A DNA stretch of 63,484 nucleotides, filler included, from 4 parts of 4 records of this genome joined end to end with filler, not necessarily neighbours in it; one strand, 5' to 3'; counted from the first letter of the whole stretch, positions 10,758 to 21,519 are shown. Notes: generated by a model not told the origin, from the letters alone. A program made the numbers and translations.

Positions 10758-11491
10758 TGGTCCTGCACCGTGACGTCTGCGGAAAAGACATAACCAACCC
10801 CGCGTTCGGTGCGCAGGATTTGCGGATCCTTGGGGTTTTTCTCAATCTTGGATCGCAGCCGCCCGACCAGCACATCAATGGCACGGCCCGTGGCATCGGC
10901 TGTCTGGCCCGCCTCGCCCGTCACATCCAGCGCTGCGGCGATCTCTTCGCGGGTCAAGGGGATATGCGGGTTGGCCACCAGCGTTTGCAGCAAAGCCAAC
11001 TCGCGCCGGGACAGGGTGACCTGAATGCCCGCTGGCGACAGAACCTCACCGCGCTTGGCGTTGTAGACCCAGCCATGGAATTCAAATGTCTTGGTGTTGC
11101 GCCGATGCACCAGCGACGAAGACCGCCGCGCCCGCGACAGGACTGCCTTGACCCGCGCCAACAACAGATCGGGGTTGAAGGGTTTGGCGATATAATCATC
11201 CGCGCCGACCTCATAGCCTTCCATACGCTGATGATCCGCAGACAGGGCCGAGACCATGATGATCGGCACATCCTGTTCACTGCGGAGCCGCGCGCAGATC
11301 TCAAGCCCGTTTTCATCGCCCAGCATCACATCGAGCAAGATCAGATCCACCCGCCCGCCATCCAGATGTTTGCGCACGTCCGCCTCTGTCCCCGCAGGCA
11401 GGGCCATCGCACCGTTCTGGCGCAGGAATTGCGTCACCATCTGGCGCACGTCCTGGTCGTCATCAACCACAAGAATCCGGGGGATTGTCAC
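10754..11491 (-). CDS. OmpR-family response regulator
   Basis: VVDDD, LLDVML, GADDYIAKPF, RAIDVLVGRLRSKIE, RTERGVGY. Confidence 0.95.
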   Translation of the reverse strand: MTIPRILVVDDDQDVRQMVTQFLRQNGAMALPAGTEADVRKHLDGGRVDLILLDVMLGDENGLEICARLRSEQDVPIIMVSALSADHQRMEGYEVGADDYIAKPFNPDLLLARVKAVLSRARRSSSLVHRRNTKTFEFHGWVYNAKRGEVLSPAGIQVTLSRRELALLQTLVANPHIPLTREEIAAALDVTGEAGQTADATGRAIDVLVGRLRSKIEKNPKDPQILRTERGVGYVFSADVTVQDQ

Positions 11492-11542
11492 CTGGGTCTC
11501 TCCTTTGGGGCGGGCCGTTCTGGCCGCCGGTGATGCAATTCA

Positions 11543-11589
11543 TGTAACACAATGCAACAAAATCGAGGGCTATGTAACAACCGGTAACG
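11543..11589. promoter_or_regulatory. Direct-repeat boxes, probable OmpR-type regulator site
   Basis: TGTAACA (11543), TGCAACA (11553), TGTAACA (11573), GGTAACG (11583) in 10-bp phase, between the divergent regulator and SBP genes. Confidence 0.55.
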
Positions 11590-11715
11590 GCGCTGCTGTT
11601 TAAATGCCATTTCAGGGCCCAGCGCCGCTATAAGTGGATTGCATGGCGGGCGATCAATCCCACAGACTTGCGCCATCATGACCGCTTTTGCGGATAATTC
11701 TGGGAGGAAACACAC

Positions 11716-12960
11716 ATGAAATCCTATGCTTTGGGCATTGCCTGCGGTGTCGCATTGGGCACATCCGGCGCGGCCTTTGCCGAACCGCAAGCCGAAGTGC
11801 TGCATTACTGGACATCTGGCGGCGAGGCCAAATCCGTTGCCGTGTTGCAAGAAGAGTTTGCCGCAAATGGTGGCACATGGACGGACATGCCTGTGGCAGG
11901 CGGCGGCGGTGATGCCGCAATGACCGCGCTGCGGGCACGGGTTCTGTCGGGCAATGCGCCCACCGCCGTTCAATTGAAAGGCCCCGCCATTCAGGAATGG
12001 TACGAAGAAGGCGTGCTGGCCGATATCTCTGCCGTTGCCGAGGCCAACAATTGGGAGGCCGTTCTGCCAGCCTCTATTGCGGGGCACATGAAATGCGAGG
12101 GCAGCTGGTGTGCCGCACCGGTGAACGTTCACCGCGTGGATTGGATTTGGGCCAACGCCAATGTGCTTGAGGCCAACGGCATCGAAATGCCAACCAGCTG
12201 GGAGGCATTCAACGCCGCCGCAGACAAACTGCAAGCGGAGGGTATCATCCCATTGGCCCATGGCGGTCAGGCCTGGCAGGACGCCACGGTTTTTGAAGCA
12301 GTTGCCCTTGGCATTCTGGGCGCCGAAGGTTTCCACAAGGCCTTTGTAGAGCTGGACAAAGACACGCTGACCTCTGACGCGATGGTCGCCACCTTTGACC
12401 AGATGCGCAAAATGCGCGGTTATGTTGATCCGAACTTCTCGGGCCGCGACTGGAACCTGGCCACCGCCATGGTGATGAACGGCGAGGCGGCGTTTCAGAT
12501 CATGGGCGACTGGGCCAAGGGCGAATTTATGGCAGCGGGCAAAGCGCCCGGCGCGGATTTCCTCTGCGCCTCGACCCCCGGTGACGGTTTCCTCTACAAC
12601 GTTGACAGCTTTGCCATGTTCGAGGTGGGCGGCGCGGACAAACAGGCGGGCCAAGCCCTGCTGGCCGAGCTGGTTGTCGGCAAGAACTTCCAAAAGGTGT
12701 TCAACCTGAACAAAGGCTCAATCCCTGCACGCACGGACGTCCCGCTCGACGAGTTTGACAGCTGCGCGGTTCTGTCTGCGGCAGATATGGCGGCCAGTTC
12801 TGACAACGGATCACTGTTGCCCAGTTATGCGCACGGCATGGCCCTGCGCGGCGCACAGGCCGGTGCCATTACCGATGTTGTGACGGCACATTTCAACTCT
12901 GACATGTCCTCTGCGGATGCGGTTCAGATGTTGGCCGAGGCTGTTGCAAACAGCATGTAA
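11716..12960 (+). CDS. Sugar (glucose/mannose-type, GtsA-like) ABC substrate-binding protein
   Basis: Signal peptide; EVLHYWTSGGEA, AGGGG, PVNVHRV, MGDWAKGE, KGSIPAR, typical of glucose-binding CUT1 proteins. Confidence 0.9.
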   Translation: MKSYALGIACGVALGTSGAAFAEPQAEVLHYWTSGGEAKSVAVLQEEFAANGGTWTDMPVAGGGGDAAMTALRARVLSGNAPTAVQLKGPAIQEWYEEGVLADISAVAEANNWEAVLPASIAGHMKCEGSWCAAPVNVHRVDWIWANANVLEANGIEMPTSWEAFNAAADKLQAEGIIPLAHGGQAWQDATVFEAVALGILGAEGFHKAFVELDKDTLTSDAMVATFDQMRKMRGYVDPNFSGRDWNLATAMVMNGEAAFQIMGDWAKGEFMAAGKAPGADFLCASTPGDGFLYNVDSFAMFEVGGADKQAGQALLAELVVGKNFQKVFNLNKGSIPARTDVPLDEFDSCAVLSAADMAASSDNGSLLPSYAHGMALRGAQAGAITDVVTAHFNSDMSSADAVQMLAEAVANSM

Positions 12961-13019
12961 ACCACGCTGCCGCCCCGCCAATTGGCCGGGGCGGCAGATT
13001 TTCCGGGGGGATAAAGTTC

Positions 13020-13892
13020 ATGACAAAATGGCTTGAAGAAAACACACCCAAACTGGTGCTGGCGCCCTCTTTCATTGCCATTCTCGTGTTCGTCTACGGC
13101 TTTATCGCCTGGACAGCATGGGTTTCGATGACGCGCTCGCGGCTGTTGCCCAAATACGAGATCGAAGGGTTTATCCAGTATGAACGGCTGTTTGCATCGC
13201 CGCGCTGGGACACGGCCTTTGGCAATCTGTTTATATTTGGCACCCTGTTCATTGTGATCGCGATGATCCTCGGGCTGGTGCTGGCGATCTTGCTGGATCA
13301 GAACATCCGCACCGAAGGCGCGATCCGTACGATTTACCTATATCCCATGGCGCTGTCGATGATTGTCACCGGCACCGCTTGGAAATGGATTTTGAACCCT
13401 GGTCTGGGCCTACAGGCCATGGTGCGCGGCTGGGGATTTGAGGACTTTACCTTCGACTGGCTGGTTGATCCCGACATGGCGATCTACACCATTGTGCTGG
13501 CCGCTATCTGGCAAAGCTCGGGTTTTGTGATGGCGCTGTTCCTCGCGGGTCTGCGGTCCGTGGACGAAGAGATCATCAAAGCCGCGCAGGTCGATGGCAT
13601 CCCCACGTGGCGTGTCTATACCGCGATCATTATTCCCTCGATGGCGCCGATTTTCCTCTCCGCGTTTATCGTGCTGTCACACCTTGCGATCAAAAGCTTT
13701 GATCTGGTTATCGCGCTAACCGGCGGCGGCCCCGGCTATGCCACCGATCTGCCCGCAACATACATGTACGCCATGGCGTTTTCGCGCGGTGATATCGGTC
13801 AGGCGGCCAGTTCTGCGATGATCATGATGTTGGTCGTCTTCGCTATTGTGGTGCCCTACCTTTACTCAGAATTGAGGTCCAAAGATGGCTGA
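13020..13892 (+). CDS. Sugar ABC permease
   Basis: EAA-like loop LRSVDEEIIKAAQVDG; TGGGPG. Confidence 0.92.
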   Translation: MTKWLEENTPKLVLAPSFIAILVFVYGFIAWTAWVSMTRSRLLPKYEIEGFIQYERLFASPRWDTAFGNLFIFGTLFIVIAMILGLVLAILLDQNIRTEGAIRTIYLYPMALSMIVTGTAWKWILNPGLGLQAMVRGWGFEDFTFDWLVDPDMAIYTIVLAAIWQSSGFVMALFLAGLRSVDEEIIKAAQVDGIPTWRVYTAIIIPSMAPIFLSAFIVLSHLAIKSFDLVIALTGGGPGYATDLPATYMYAMAFSRGDIGQAASSAMIMMLVVFAIVVPYLYSELRSKDG

Positions 13893-14784
13893 TCTGTCTG
13901 CCTCCGCCGCCTCCCCCACGGGGCAAAGCCAAACCGGCAAAATTGCCCTGCGCTGGTCGCTTTATACGCTGCTGTGCCTGTTTGCGCTGTTCTATCTGCT
14001 GCCGCTTTTTGTGATGATCACCACCTCACTGAAAAGCCTTGATGAAATTCGCACAGGGGATCTGATTTCCCTGCCCCGCGAAGTGACATTCGACGCATGG
14101 CGGACCGCGTGGTCCGGTGCCTGCACCGGTATCCAATGCGAAGGGGTGCGGCCCTATTTCTGGAACTCCGTCCTGATTGCCATTCCCGGCGTGGCCATCT
14201 CAACCCTGCTGGGTGCGATGAACGGCTATGTTGTGGCGCAATGGCGGTTTCGCGGGGCCAATATCATCTTTTCGCTGATGCTGTTTGGCTGCTTCATCCC
14301 GTTTCAGGTGGTTTTGCTGCCGATGGCACGGGTGCTGGGCATGATGGGGATGGCCGGGACTATTCCGGGCCTGATCTTTGTGCATGTGATTTATGGCCTG
14401 GGCTTTACCACGTTGTTTTTCCGCAACTTCTATGTCTCGATCCCGGCGGATCTGACCAAAGCTGCGAAAGTCGATGGCGCAGGTTTCTTCCGCATCTTCT
14501 GGTCGATCTTCCTGCCGCTCTCGCTGCCGATCATCGTTGTCACCGTAATTTGGCAATTCACCCAGATCTGGAATGATTTCCTGTTTGGTGTCTCCTTCAG
14601 CCAGGCCGGAACCCAACCAGTGACGGTCGCGCTGAACAACATCGTCAACTCCACCACCGGCGTCAAAGAATACAACGTTGATATGGCCGCCGCGATCATC
14701 GCTGCGCTGCCGACCCTGCTTGTTTATGTCGTTGCCGGCAAATATTTCGTCCGCGGCCTGACCGCCGGATCCGTGAAAGGATAA
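13885..14784 (+). CDS. Sugar ABC permease
   Basis: IPADLTKAAKVDGAG, WNDFLF, FVRGLTAGSVKG. Confidence 0.92.
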   Translation: MADLSASAASPTGQSQTGKIALRWSLYTLLCLFALFYLLPLFVMITTSLKSLDEIRTGDLISLPREVTFDAWRTAWSGACTGIQCEGVRPYFWNSVLIAIPGVAISTLLGAMNGYVVAQWRFRGANIIFSLMLFGCFIPFQVVLLPMARVLGMMGMAGTIPGLIFVHVIYGLGFTTLFFRNFYVSIPADLTKAAKVDGAGFFRIFWSIFLPLSLPIIVVTVIWQFTQIWNDFLFGVSFSQAGTQPVTVALNNIVNSTTGVKEYNVDMAAAIIAALPTLLVYVVAGKYFVRGLTAGSVKG

Positions 14785-14789
14785 TCCCA

Positions 14790-15446
14790 ATGGCAAACAT
14801 CCTGAAAATCGAACATCTGTTCAAGAATTACGGGTCTGTCGAGATCCTCAAAGACATCAACGTGGAGATTGAGCAAGGCGATTTCCTTGTTCTGGTCGGC
14901 CCGTCCGGCTGTGGCAAATCCACCTTGCTCAATTGCATCGCCGGGCTTGAGCCGATCAGTGGCGGATCGCTGCACATTGGCGGGCAGGATATGACCGCCG
15001 TCAGCCCCAAAGACCGTGACATTGCGATGGTGTTCCAGTCCTATGCGCTCTACCCCACTATGACAGTTGCCAAGAACATCACCTTTGGCATGAAAGTTCG
15101 CGGCGTGGATCAAGCGACGCAGGACCAAAAGCTGGCCCATGTGGCGCAGCAATTGCAGATCGAGAACCTGCTTAAACGCAAGCCCGGCCAGCTTTCGGGT
15201 GGCCAGCGGCAGCGCGTCGCCATGGGCCGTGCCCTGGTGCGTGATCCCAAGCTGTTCTTGTTTGATGAGCCGCTTTCCAACCTTGACGCCAAACTGCGCG
15301 TGGAGATGCGCACAGAGATCAAGCAGCTGCACCAACGGCTTGGGGCCTCCATGGTTTATGTGACCCACGACCAGATCGAAGCGATGACGCTGGCCACCAA
15401 AATCGTGGTGATGAAAGGCGGGGTGATCCAGCAGATCGGCACCCCG
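14790..15446 (+). CDS. Sugar ABC ATPase (MalK-like), truncated at contig end
   Basis: GPSGCGKST, LSGGQRQR, DEPLSNLDAKLR, YVTHDQIEAM. Confidence 0.93.
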
Positions 15447-15546
15447 NNNNNNNNNNNNNNNNNNNNNNNNNNNNNNNNNNNNNNNNNNNNTTAATTAATT
15501 AANNNNNNNNNNNNNNNNNNNNNNNNNNNNNNNNNNNNNNNNNNNN
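15447..15546. other. Artificial contig linker
   Basis: N44 + TTAATTAATTAA (stops in all six frames) + N44. Confidence 0.98.
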
Positions 15547-16836
15547 TGCCGCTTCGATGGTGGCGTTGAGGGCCAGCAGGTTGGTCTGCTCGGCAATCGC
15601 CTGGATGAGCGTTACCACTTCGCCGATCTTGGAGGCGGAGGCTGCAAGGCCTTCCACCTTTTCGTTGGTCATGCGGGTGCCTTCGGTTGCCCGGCCAACA
15701 ACTTCCGTCGTCTGGGCCACCTGGCGGGAAATTTCGCTGATGGACGCGGAGAGTTCTTCTGCGGCGCTGGCCACGGTCTGAACGCTCGATGTTGCTTCAT
15801 CGGCAGAGTTCAGGGTTTCCGTCGCGCTTGAGGCGCTCTGGCCGGACAGGTCGGAGAGGTGTCCCGCGGTGCCTTCCAGGCCATGAACGGTTTCGTTGAC
15901 CGAGTTGAGCACGTTGGAGACATTTGTCCGGAAGGTTTCGATCAGACCCTGAACACGGTTCTGACGGTCGATCGCAGCGGCTTCGGACGTGCGCTGGTGC
16001 TCGGTCAGTTCGATCCGCTCGACGGCCCTGTCACGCAGGGTGCTGACGGCCTGCGCAAGCGTGCCGATCTGGTCGGAGCGTTCCTTGAAGGGGACTTCGT
16101 CTGCGAGATTGTCCTGCGCAATCTGGTCCGTGATTTCCGCAAGGCGCGTAATCGGACGCAGCTGGCGGCGAATTGCGAGGATCAGAAGGACCACCGAAAC
16201 GGCGACGACCGGCAGCACCAGCATCGCGTAGCGGCTGGTCAGTTCCCATGCGTTGGCTTCGACTGCAGCCTTTTCCACGCCGGCATAAAGGATGCCGAGA
16301 ATATCGCCCTTGGAAGAGAAGATCGGCTGGTAAACAGTGAAGTAGTCCTTGCCGAGAATGGTGGCCTGCCCGTGGAAGGTCTTGCCCTGGGTAACGACAG
16401 GATAAACCGCGCCGTTCTGGCCGAGCTGGGTTCCGACGGCACGCTTGCCGTCACCCTTGATGATGTTGGTGGTCTTGCGCCAGAAATCCTTCGTTTCCGG
16501 ATCCCAGGCAAAAACAGTCGCGGTTTCACCTGTCATGCGCCCGACGGCGTCGATCATGTCATGGTTTTCGAACACCGGCATTTCGGCCAGTTCGATCCGC
16601 TTGACGTTGTTGTTCGCGTCCCAGCTGACCTTTGCACCGTCGATGCGATCCTGAAACAGCGTCGCTGCCACGCGAAGGTTGATATCCTGTTTGACGAGGG
16701 CACGGTCCTGAGCCTGGCCAAGGGCGACCTGATACAGGATAACGCCCACAACAATCATCGATATTCCAAGCACGCTGGCAGAAATAATTGCGAGCGTCGA
16801 AGTCACGCTTAATCGGGACAAGAACTTCTTCATCAT
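15547..16836 (-). CDS. Methyl-accepting chemotaxis protein (Cache sensor, HAMP), 3'-truncated
   Basis: TM-Cache-TM-HAMP, then IAEQTNLLALNATIEAA. Confidence 0.94.
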
Positions 16837-17100
16837 TTCCCCCAAGGTCATAATTGGGATCATCTTTGTCGATTTGCGTAAATTAAGAATGAAAGAAAAT
16901 TCGCGTAAAAATAGCAGTGATAATCACAGTTTAGTGAGCGTTTCATAGTTCCGTGAAAGGGCTGCAGTTTATGTTGTTTTTGTGTATTTTCTCCGCATGA
17001 TCCATCTCTGTACCGATGGAGTTTCTGTCTTGTCGCTTTCCTGAAGCTGAACTGAAATGAGCAGAAACCCTCGGTCAGTTACAAGAATGCTGGAGGAAAC

Positions 17101-18135
17101 ATGACGCGCCTGGCCGCTATTTGCCTTTTCCTGCTTTGCATTTCGGGGACGTCCGTCCTGGCGCGAAGCGTTACCGATTCCGCGGGTCGTACGGTCGAGA
17201 TCCCGGATACGGTGACCCGGGTGTTTGCTGCCGGGCCTCCGGCGTCCATTCTCGTCTACGCGCTCAAACCGGAAGCGCTGCTCGGCTGGCCGAGAGCGCT
17301 TCGGGACTACGAGAAGCCATTCATCGCCGAAGCCTTTCGGGACCTGCCCGAGACCGGCCGCCTGACCGGACGCGGCGGGGAGGCAAACCTGGAGCAGGTT
17401 CTTGCCCTGAAACCCGATCTGATCATCGATTTCGGGTCCGTCCGCGATACCTATATCGATCTTGCCGACCGTGTGCAGGAACAGACAGGGATTCCCTATC
17501 TCCTGGTCAACGGCCGGTTCGATGAAACCGCCGGCGCGTTGCGTCTTGTGGGCGAAGCGCTTGGCGTTCCGGAGCGTGGAGATCTTCTGGCCGCAGATGT
17601 CGAGGCAACCTTCACCGCGCTGACGTCGGCACTCGGTGCCGTACCCGAGGCGGACAGGCCGCGTGTCTACCTCGCCCGTGGGGCGGATGGACTTGAAACA
17701 GGCCTGAAAGGGTCGATCAACACCGAAATCATCGAAAAGGCCGGTGGACGCAACGTTGCCGATGTGCCTGGGCAATACGGACTGGTGCAGGCAAGTCCCG
17801 AGCAGATTATCGTTGCCAATCCGGACACAATCGTGACGTGGGATCGTAGCTTCTATGAAGCTGTCTGGCAGGATCCCCTGTGGCAAGGCATTGCCGCGGT
17901 ACGTGAAGGCCGGGTTTTCCTGTCACCAACGGCCCCTTTCGGCTGGATCGACAGGCCGCCGTCCGTCAATCGGATGATGGGTCTGAAATGGCTTGCAGGT
18001 CTATTCTATCCCGAACTCTGGGATGGGGAGCTGCGTCAGGAAACCGCCGACTTCTATAAGTTGTGGTATCATGTGGACCTGAGTGAAGCAGAGCTCGACA
18101 CTCTGCTGGAATGGGCAAAGGGGCGGGCTCCCTGA
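17101..18135 (+). CDS. Iron-chelate/cobalamin-type ABC substrate-binding protein
   Basis: VTDSAGRTV, EQVLALKPDLI, PFGWIDRPP. Confidence 0.88.
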   Translation: MTRLAAICLFLLCISGTSVLARSVTDSAGRTVEIPDTVTRVFAAGPPASILVYALKPEALLGWPRALRDYEKPFIAEAFRDLPETGRLTGRGGEANLEQVLALKPDLIIDFGSVRDTYIDLADRVQEQTGIPYLLVNGRFDETAGALRLVGEALGVPERGDLLAADVEATFTALTSALGAVPEADRPRVYLARGADGLETGLKGSINTEIIEKAGGRNVADVPGQYGLVQASPEQIIVANPDTIVTWDRSFYEAVWQDPLWQGIAAVREGRVFLSPTAPFGWIDRPPSVNRMMGLKWLAGLFYPELWDGELRQETADFYKLWYHVDLSEAELDTLLEWAKGRAP

Positions 18136-19154
18136 CCGGCAAATCTACTTCTTTCGCGCGTTCCGGCTTGTTCGTATGGCTTGGCCTCGCGCTTGTTCTT
18201 GGCAGTTTCGCGGCTCTTCTGATCGGTCCGTTTCCGCTTACGCCGTCCGAGGCCGTCGGTGTGCTGGCGCGCGTCGTGTCCGGCGCACAGCCTTCGGGAA
18301 CGCAGGACACGGTCCTGCTGTCGATCCGTCTGCCAAGGGTGGTTGCCGCGCTGCTGGTCGGCGCTTCGCTTGCCGCCGCCGGTGCATGTTACCAGACCCT
18401 TTTCCGCAATCCGCTGGTGTCACCGGATATTCTCGGTGTTTCCGCCGGTGCGGGGCTCGGCGCCGTGCTCGGCATATTCCTGTCTCTTCCTGTCGCAGCA
18501 ATCCAGCTGATGGGTTTTGCCGGCGGTCTTGCCGCTGTTGCTCTCGTCGGTTTTGTTGCCGCAACGGTGCGCGGAGGAGACAGCACGCTTGTCCTTGTGC
18601 TCGCAGGCGTCGTCGTCGGTGCATTGGCGGGGGCGGCGACATCCTTGCTGAAAGTGCTGGCAGATCCGTATGACCAGCTTCCGGCGATCACTTTCTGGTT
18701 GCTGGGCAGTCTGGCAGGGGTGAAGGCTGGCGATATCCTGCCGGCGGTACCTGCAGTTCTGTTCGGGCTTGTCCCGCTGTTTCTGTTGCGCTGGCGGATC
18801 AACGTCCTGTCTCTGGGGGATGAAGAAGCGAAGGCGCTTGGTGTGGAGGCCGGTCGGCTGCGGCTTGTTGTCATTTTCTGCGCGACCTTGATCACCGCAA
18901 GCGTCGTCGCCATTGCCGGTGTCGTGGGCTGGGTGGGGCTGGTGATACCGCATATCGCCCGGATGATCGTTGGCCCTGGTTTCGGGCGCCTGTTGCCGGC
19001 AGCAGCCTTGCTTGGTGCGGGATACCTTCTTGCAGTCGACACGCTGGCACGCACGCTCTCGGGAACCGAAGTCCCGCTCGGCATTCTGACCGCCGTTGTC
19101 GGTGCGCCATTTTTCCTGTGGCTGCTTGCCAGGGGGAGGCGGGCATGGGCGTGA
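18111..19154 (+). CDS. FecCD-family permease
   Basis: RLPRV, FRNPLVSPDILGVSAGA, GWVGLVIPHIAR, GAPFF. Confidence 0.92.
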   Translation: MGKGAGSLTGKSTSFARSGLFVWLGLALVLGSFAALLIGPFPLTPSEAVGVLARVVSGAQPSGTQDTVLLSIRLPRVVAALLVGASLAAAGACYQTLFRNPLVSPDILGVSAGAGLGAVLGIFLSLPVAAIQLMGFAGGLAAVALVGFVAATVRGGDSTLVLVLAGVVVGALAGAATSLLKVLADPYDQLPAITFWLLGSLAGVKAGDILPAVPAVLFGLVPLFLLRWRINVLSLGDEEAKALGVEAGRLRLVVIFCATLITASVVAIAGVVGWVGLVIPHIARMIVGPGFGRLLPAAALLGAGYLLAVDTLARTLSGTEVPLGILTAVVGAPFFLWLLARGRRAWA

Positions 19155-19945
19155 AGCTGAGGGCTGAAAACCTGTCCATCGGCTATCTGGGCCACGATGT
19201 CGGGAGCGAGTTGAACCTGACCGCTTCTACTGGCGACGTCTATTGCCTGCTGGGGCCCAACGGGTCCGGCAAGACTACTCTTTTCAAGACGCTTCTGGGG
19301 CTGTTGCCGGCGCGTGACGGCACGGTGCTGGTGGAAGGACGACCGCTGAAATCGCTGTCCCGTGCGGATATCGCGACTCGGATCGCCTACGTTCCACAGG
19401 CACACGCCGCGCCCTTTGCCTTTCCGGTCCTGGAAGTCGTGCTGATGGGCAGAACCGCAAGACTGCGTGCCTTTCAGCAGCCCGGCCCGCGCGACAGGGA
19501 CGTTGCGTTGGCGGCGCTGGAAAGGCTCGGTATCGAGGCACTCGCCGGCGCAGACTATACGCGGCTTTCCGGCGGACAGAGGCAGCTGGTGCTGATCGCC
19601 AGGGCACTCGCGCAGGAAACACGTGTCCTCGTGATGGATGAGCCGACAGCCAGTCTCGATTTCGGGAATCAGGCGCTGGTGCTTTCCGAAGTTGCAGGTC
19701 TTGCGGCGGACGGCTTGACCGTTGTGCTGTCGACCCACGACCCTGATCACGCCTTTGCAATCGGAACCAGGGTGGCTTTGCTTCACGATGGTCGCATCAA
19801 GACGGATGGTCCCCCAAAGGAAGTGCTGACAAGCGCTGCTCTTTGCAAAGTCTATGGTGTCGATGTGCGGATCGAACAGCTCGCCGATGGCCGCACCGTC
19901 TGCCTGCCGTCACTTGCGCGCAAGCGGGAAGCGGTGCAGGTCTGA
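19145..19945 (+). CDS. Iron-chelate ABC ATPase
   Basis: GPNGSGKTT, LSGGQRQ, DEPTASLD, STHDPD. Confidence 0.92.
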   Translation: MGVKLRAENLSIGYLGHDVGSELNLTASTGDVYCLLGPNGSGKTTLFKTLLGLLPARDGTVLVEGRPLKSLSRADIATRIAYVPQAHAAPFAFPVLEVVLMGRTARLRAFQQPGPRDRDVALAALERLGIEALAGADYTRLSGGQRQLVLIARALAQETRVLVMDEPTASLDFGNQALVLSEVAGLAADGLTVVLSTHDPDHAFAIGTRVALLHDGRIKTDGPPKEVLTSAALCKVYGVDVRIEQLADGRTVCLPSLARKREAVQV

Positions 19946-19960
19946 ATTGTGTCTTGACTC

Positions 19961-20011
19961 ATTCATAACTCCGAGGTTATCAATTCAATCAATAACCGTG
20001 GAGTTATGAAT
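19961..20011. promoter_or_regulatory. Tandem palindromic operators overlapping the arsR-family promoter and start codon
   Basis: ATAAC-N6-GTTAT at 19965-19980 and 19992-20007; 12-bp outer inverted repeat ATTCATAACTCC/GGAGTTATGAAT. Confidence 0.6.
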
Positions 20012-20338
20012 TTGAGTGAGCCAACACCTGACCTTCTGTTTCGGACACTGGCCGACCCGACCCGGCGGGCGTTGTTCGAGCGGCTTTGCCGCGAAGGCGA
20101 GCTGACGGTGCGGGTGTTGACTGACCAGGCCGGCGTGTCCCAGCCCGCAGTTTCCAAACATCTTGGCGTCCTGAAGGAGGCCGGGCTTGTCACGGACCGC
20201 CAGGAGGGCAGGCAGTCGCACTATAGCGCCAGGCCCGGAGCGCTCGCACCGCTGGTCGACTGGACTCAGCGCATGAACGTGTTCTGGGAATGCCGGTTCG
20301 ACGATCTGGAAGACCTTTTGAGAAGAATGGACCAATGA
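20006..20338 (+). CDS. ArsR/SmtB-family regulator
   Basis: FRTLADPTRR, SQPAVSKHL, GLV..RQEGR. Confidence 0.92.
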   Translation: MNLSEPTPDLLFRTLADPTRRALFERLCREGELTVRVLTDQAGVSQPAVSKHLGVLKEAGLVTDRQEGRQSHYSARPGALAPLVDWTQRMNVFWECRFDDLEDLLRRMDQ

Positions 20339-20763
20339 GTTTCTCGGACGAAGATACCCTTGCTGTTGTCGTGGAACGGGAAATTCCCTTTCCCGCAGAA
20401 AAGATCTGGCGTGCTTTGACCCAGCCCCACCTGATCGAGGAATGGCTCATGAAAAATGCCTTCAAACCGGTTGTCGGTCACCGCTTCGACCTGAGTGCCG
20501 ACTGGGGAATGGTCGATTGCGAAGTCCAGTCGATCGAGCCGCATAAAGCGCTGGCCTACAGCTGGAACACCAAGGATCTTCGAAGCACCGTGACCTGGAC
20601 ATTGACCCCGACGGATAACGGCACCCTTCTACGTATGGAGCAAATCGGCTTCACGCAGGAACAACTGCCCTACTATCGCGGTGCAAGCGCCGCCTGGCCC
20701 CGCTTCATGGAAGCGCTGGAAAACGTTGTTGCGCGGCTGGACGATGCCGGCAAAGACGCCTGA
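20335..20763 (+). CDS. SRPBCC/AHSA1-domain protein
   Basis: EKIWRALT..LIEEW, LAYSW, VTWTL; ATGA-coupled to arsR. Confidence 0.88.
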   Translation: MSFSDEDTLAVVVEREIPFPAEKIWRALTQPHLIEEWLMKNAFKPVVGHRFDLSADWGMVDCEVQSIEPHKALAYSWNTKDLRSTVTWTLTPTDNGTLLRMEQIGFTQEQLPYYRGASAAWPRFMEALENVVARLDDAGKDA

Positions 20764-20783
20764 TAACCGCAAGGAAGACGACC

Positions 20784-21197
20784 ATGGACAATCAAATGTC
20801 CCCCGCGCAGCAGATCGACGCCAGGATCGCAGAACTTGACGACTGGCGTGGACGCACACTGGCGCGGATGCGCGCCCTCATTCACGAAGCGGTTCCCGAA
20901 GTCGAGGAAACCTGGAAATGGCGCGGTGTTCCCGTCTGGGAAAAGGACGGCATCATCTGTACTGGAGAGACTTACAAGAAAGCCGTGAAGCTGACGTTCG
21001 CAAAAGGCGCGTCACTTGATGATCCGGCTGGTCTCTTCAATTCCAGCCTGGACGGCAACACGCGCCGGGCAATCGACCTGTTCGAGGATGCAGTCATCGA
21101 TGAAGCGGCGCTGAAAGCCCTCGTTTGTGCAGCCGCCGAGCAGAATGCCACTGCCTCGGCTGCCAGGAAAACGCGCAGGAAATCAGCCCAGGTCTGA
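20784..21197 (+). CDS. DUF1801 (YdhG-like) protein
   Basis: DWRGRTL, WKWRGVPVW, VKLTFAKGASLDDP..LFNSSL. Confidence 0.85.
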   Translation: MDNQMSPAQQIDARIAELDDWRGRTLARMRALIHEAVPEVEETWKWRGVPVWEKDGIICTGETYKKAVKLTFAKGASLDDPAGLFNSSLDGNTRRAIDLFEDAVIDEAALKALVCAAAEQNATASAARKTRRKSAQV

Positions 21198-21306
21198 CAG
21201 TCCGCCACGTGGCGGACTGAGCGCACTCCCCCAACTCTCAAGAACCCTTTGCTGACGGATCTTTCCGGCAGGCGGGATCTTGCGTCGTGATTACCAGGAG
21301 CAAACC

Positions 21307-21519
21307 ATGAATTGGAACAAGATCATCCGTCAGCTGCACCGCTGGCTGTCCGTAGCCTTTACGCTGGCCGTGGTTGTCAATCTGGCTGCCATGGGGCAGT
21401 CCGAGCCGGCACTCTGGATCGGTTTACTGGCGTTGGTGCCATTGATCTTCTTGCTGGTATCGGGACTTTACCTTTTTGCCCTGCCTTATGCCGAAAGGTG
21501 GCGTCGGCAGGCACGGTAA
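21307..21519 (+). CDS. Small membrane protein (PepSY-TM-like)
   Basis: RQLHRWLS, two TM helices, SGLYLF; AGGAG RBS. Confidence 0.7.
   Translation: MNWNKIIRQLHRWLSVAFTLAVVVNLAAMGQSEPALWIGLLALVPLIFLLVSGLYLFALPYAERWRRQAR

Noticed and set aside
15491-15502. TTAATTAATTAA palindrome recurring three times
   Set aside because: Always centred in N-runs; an artificial six-frame stop linker, not biology
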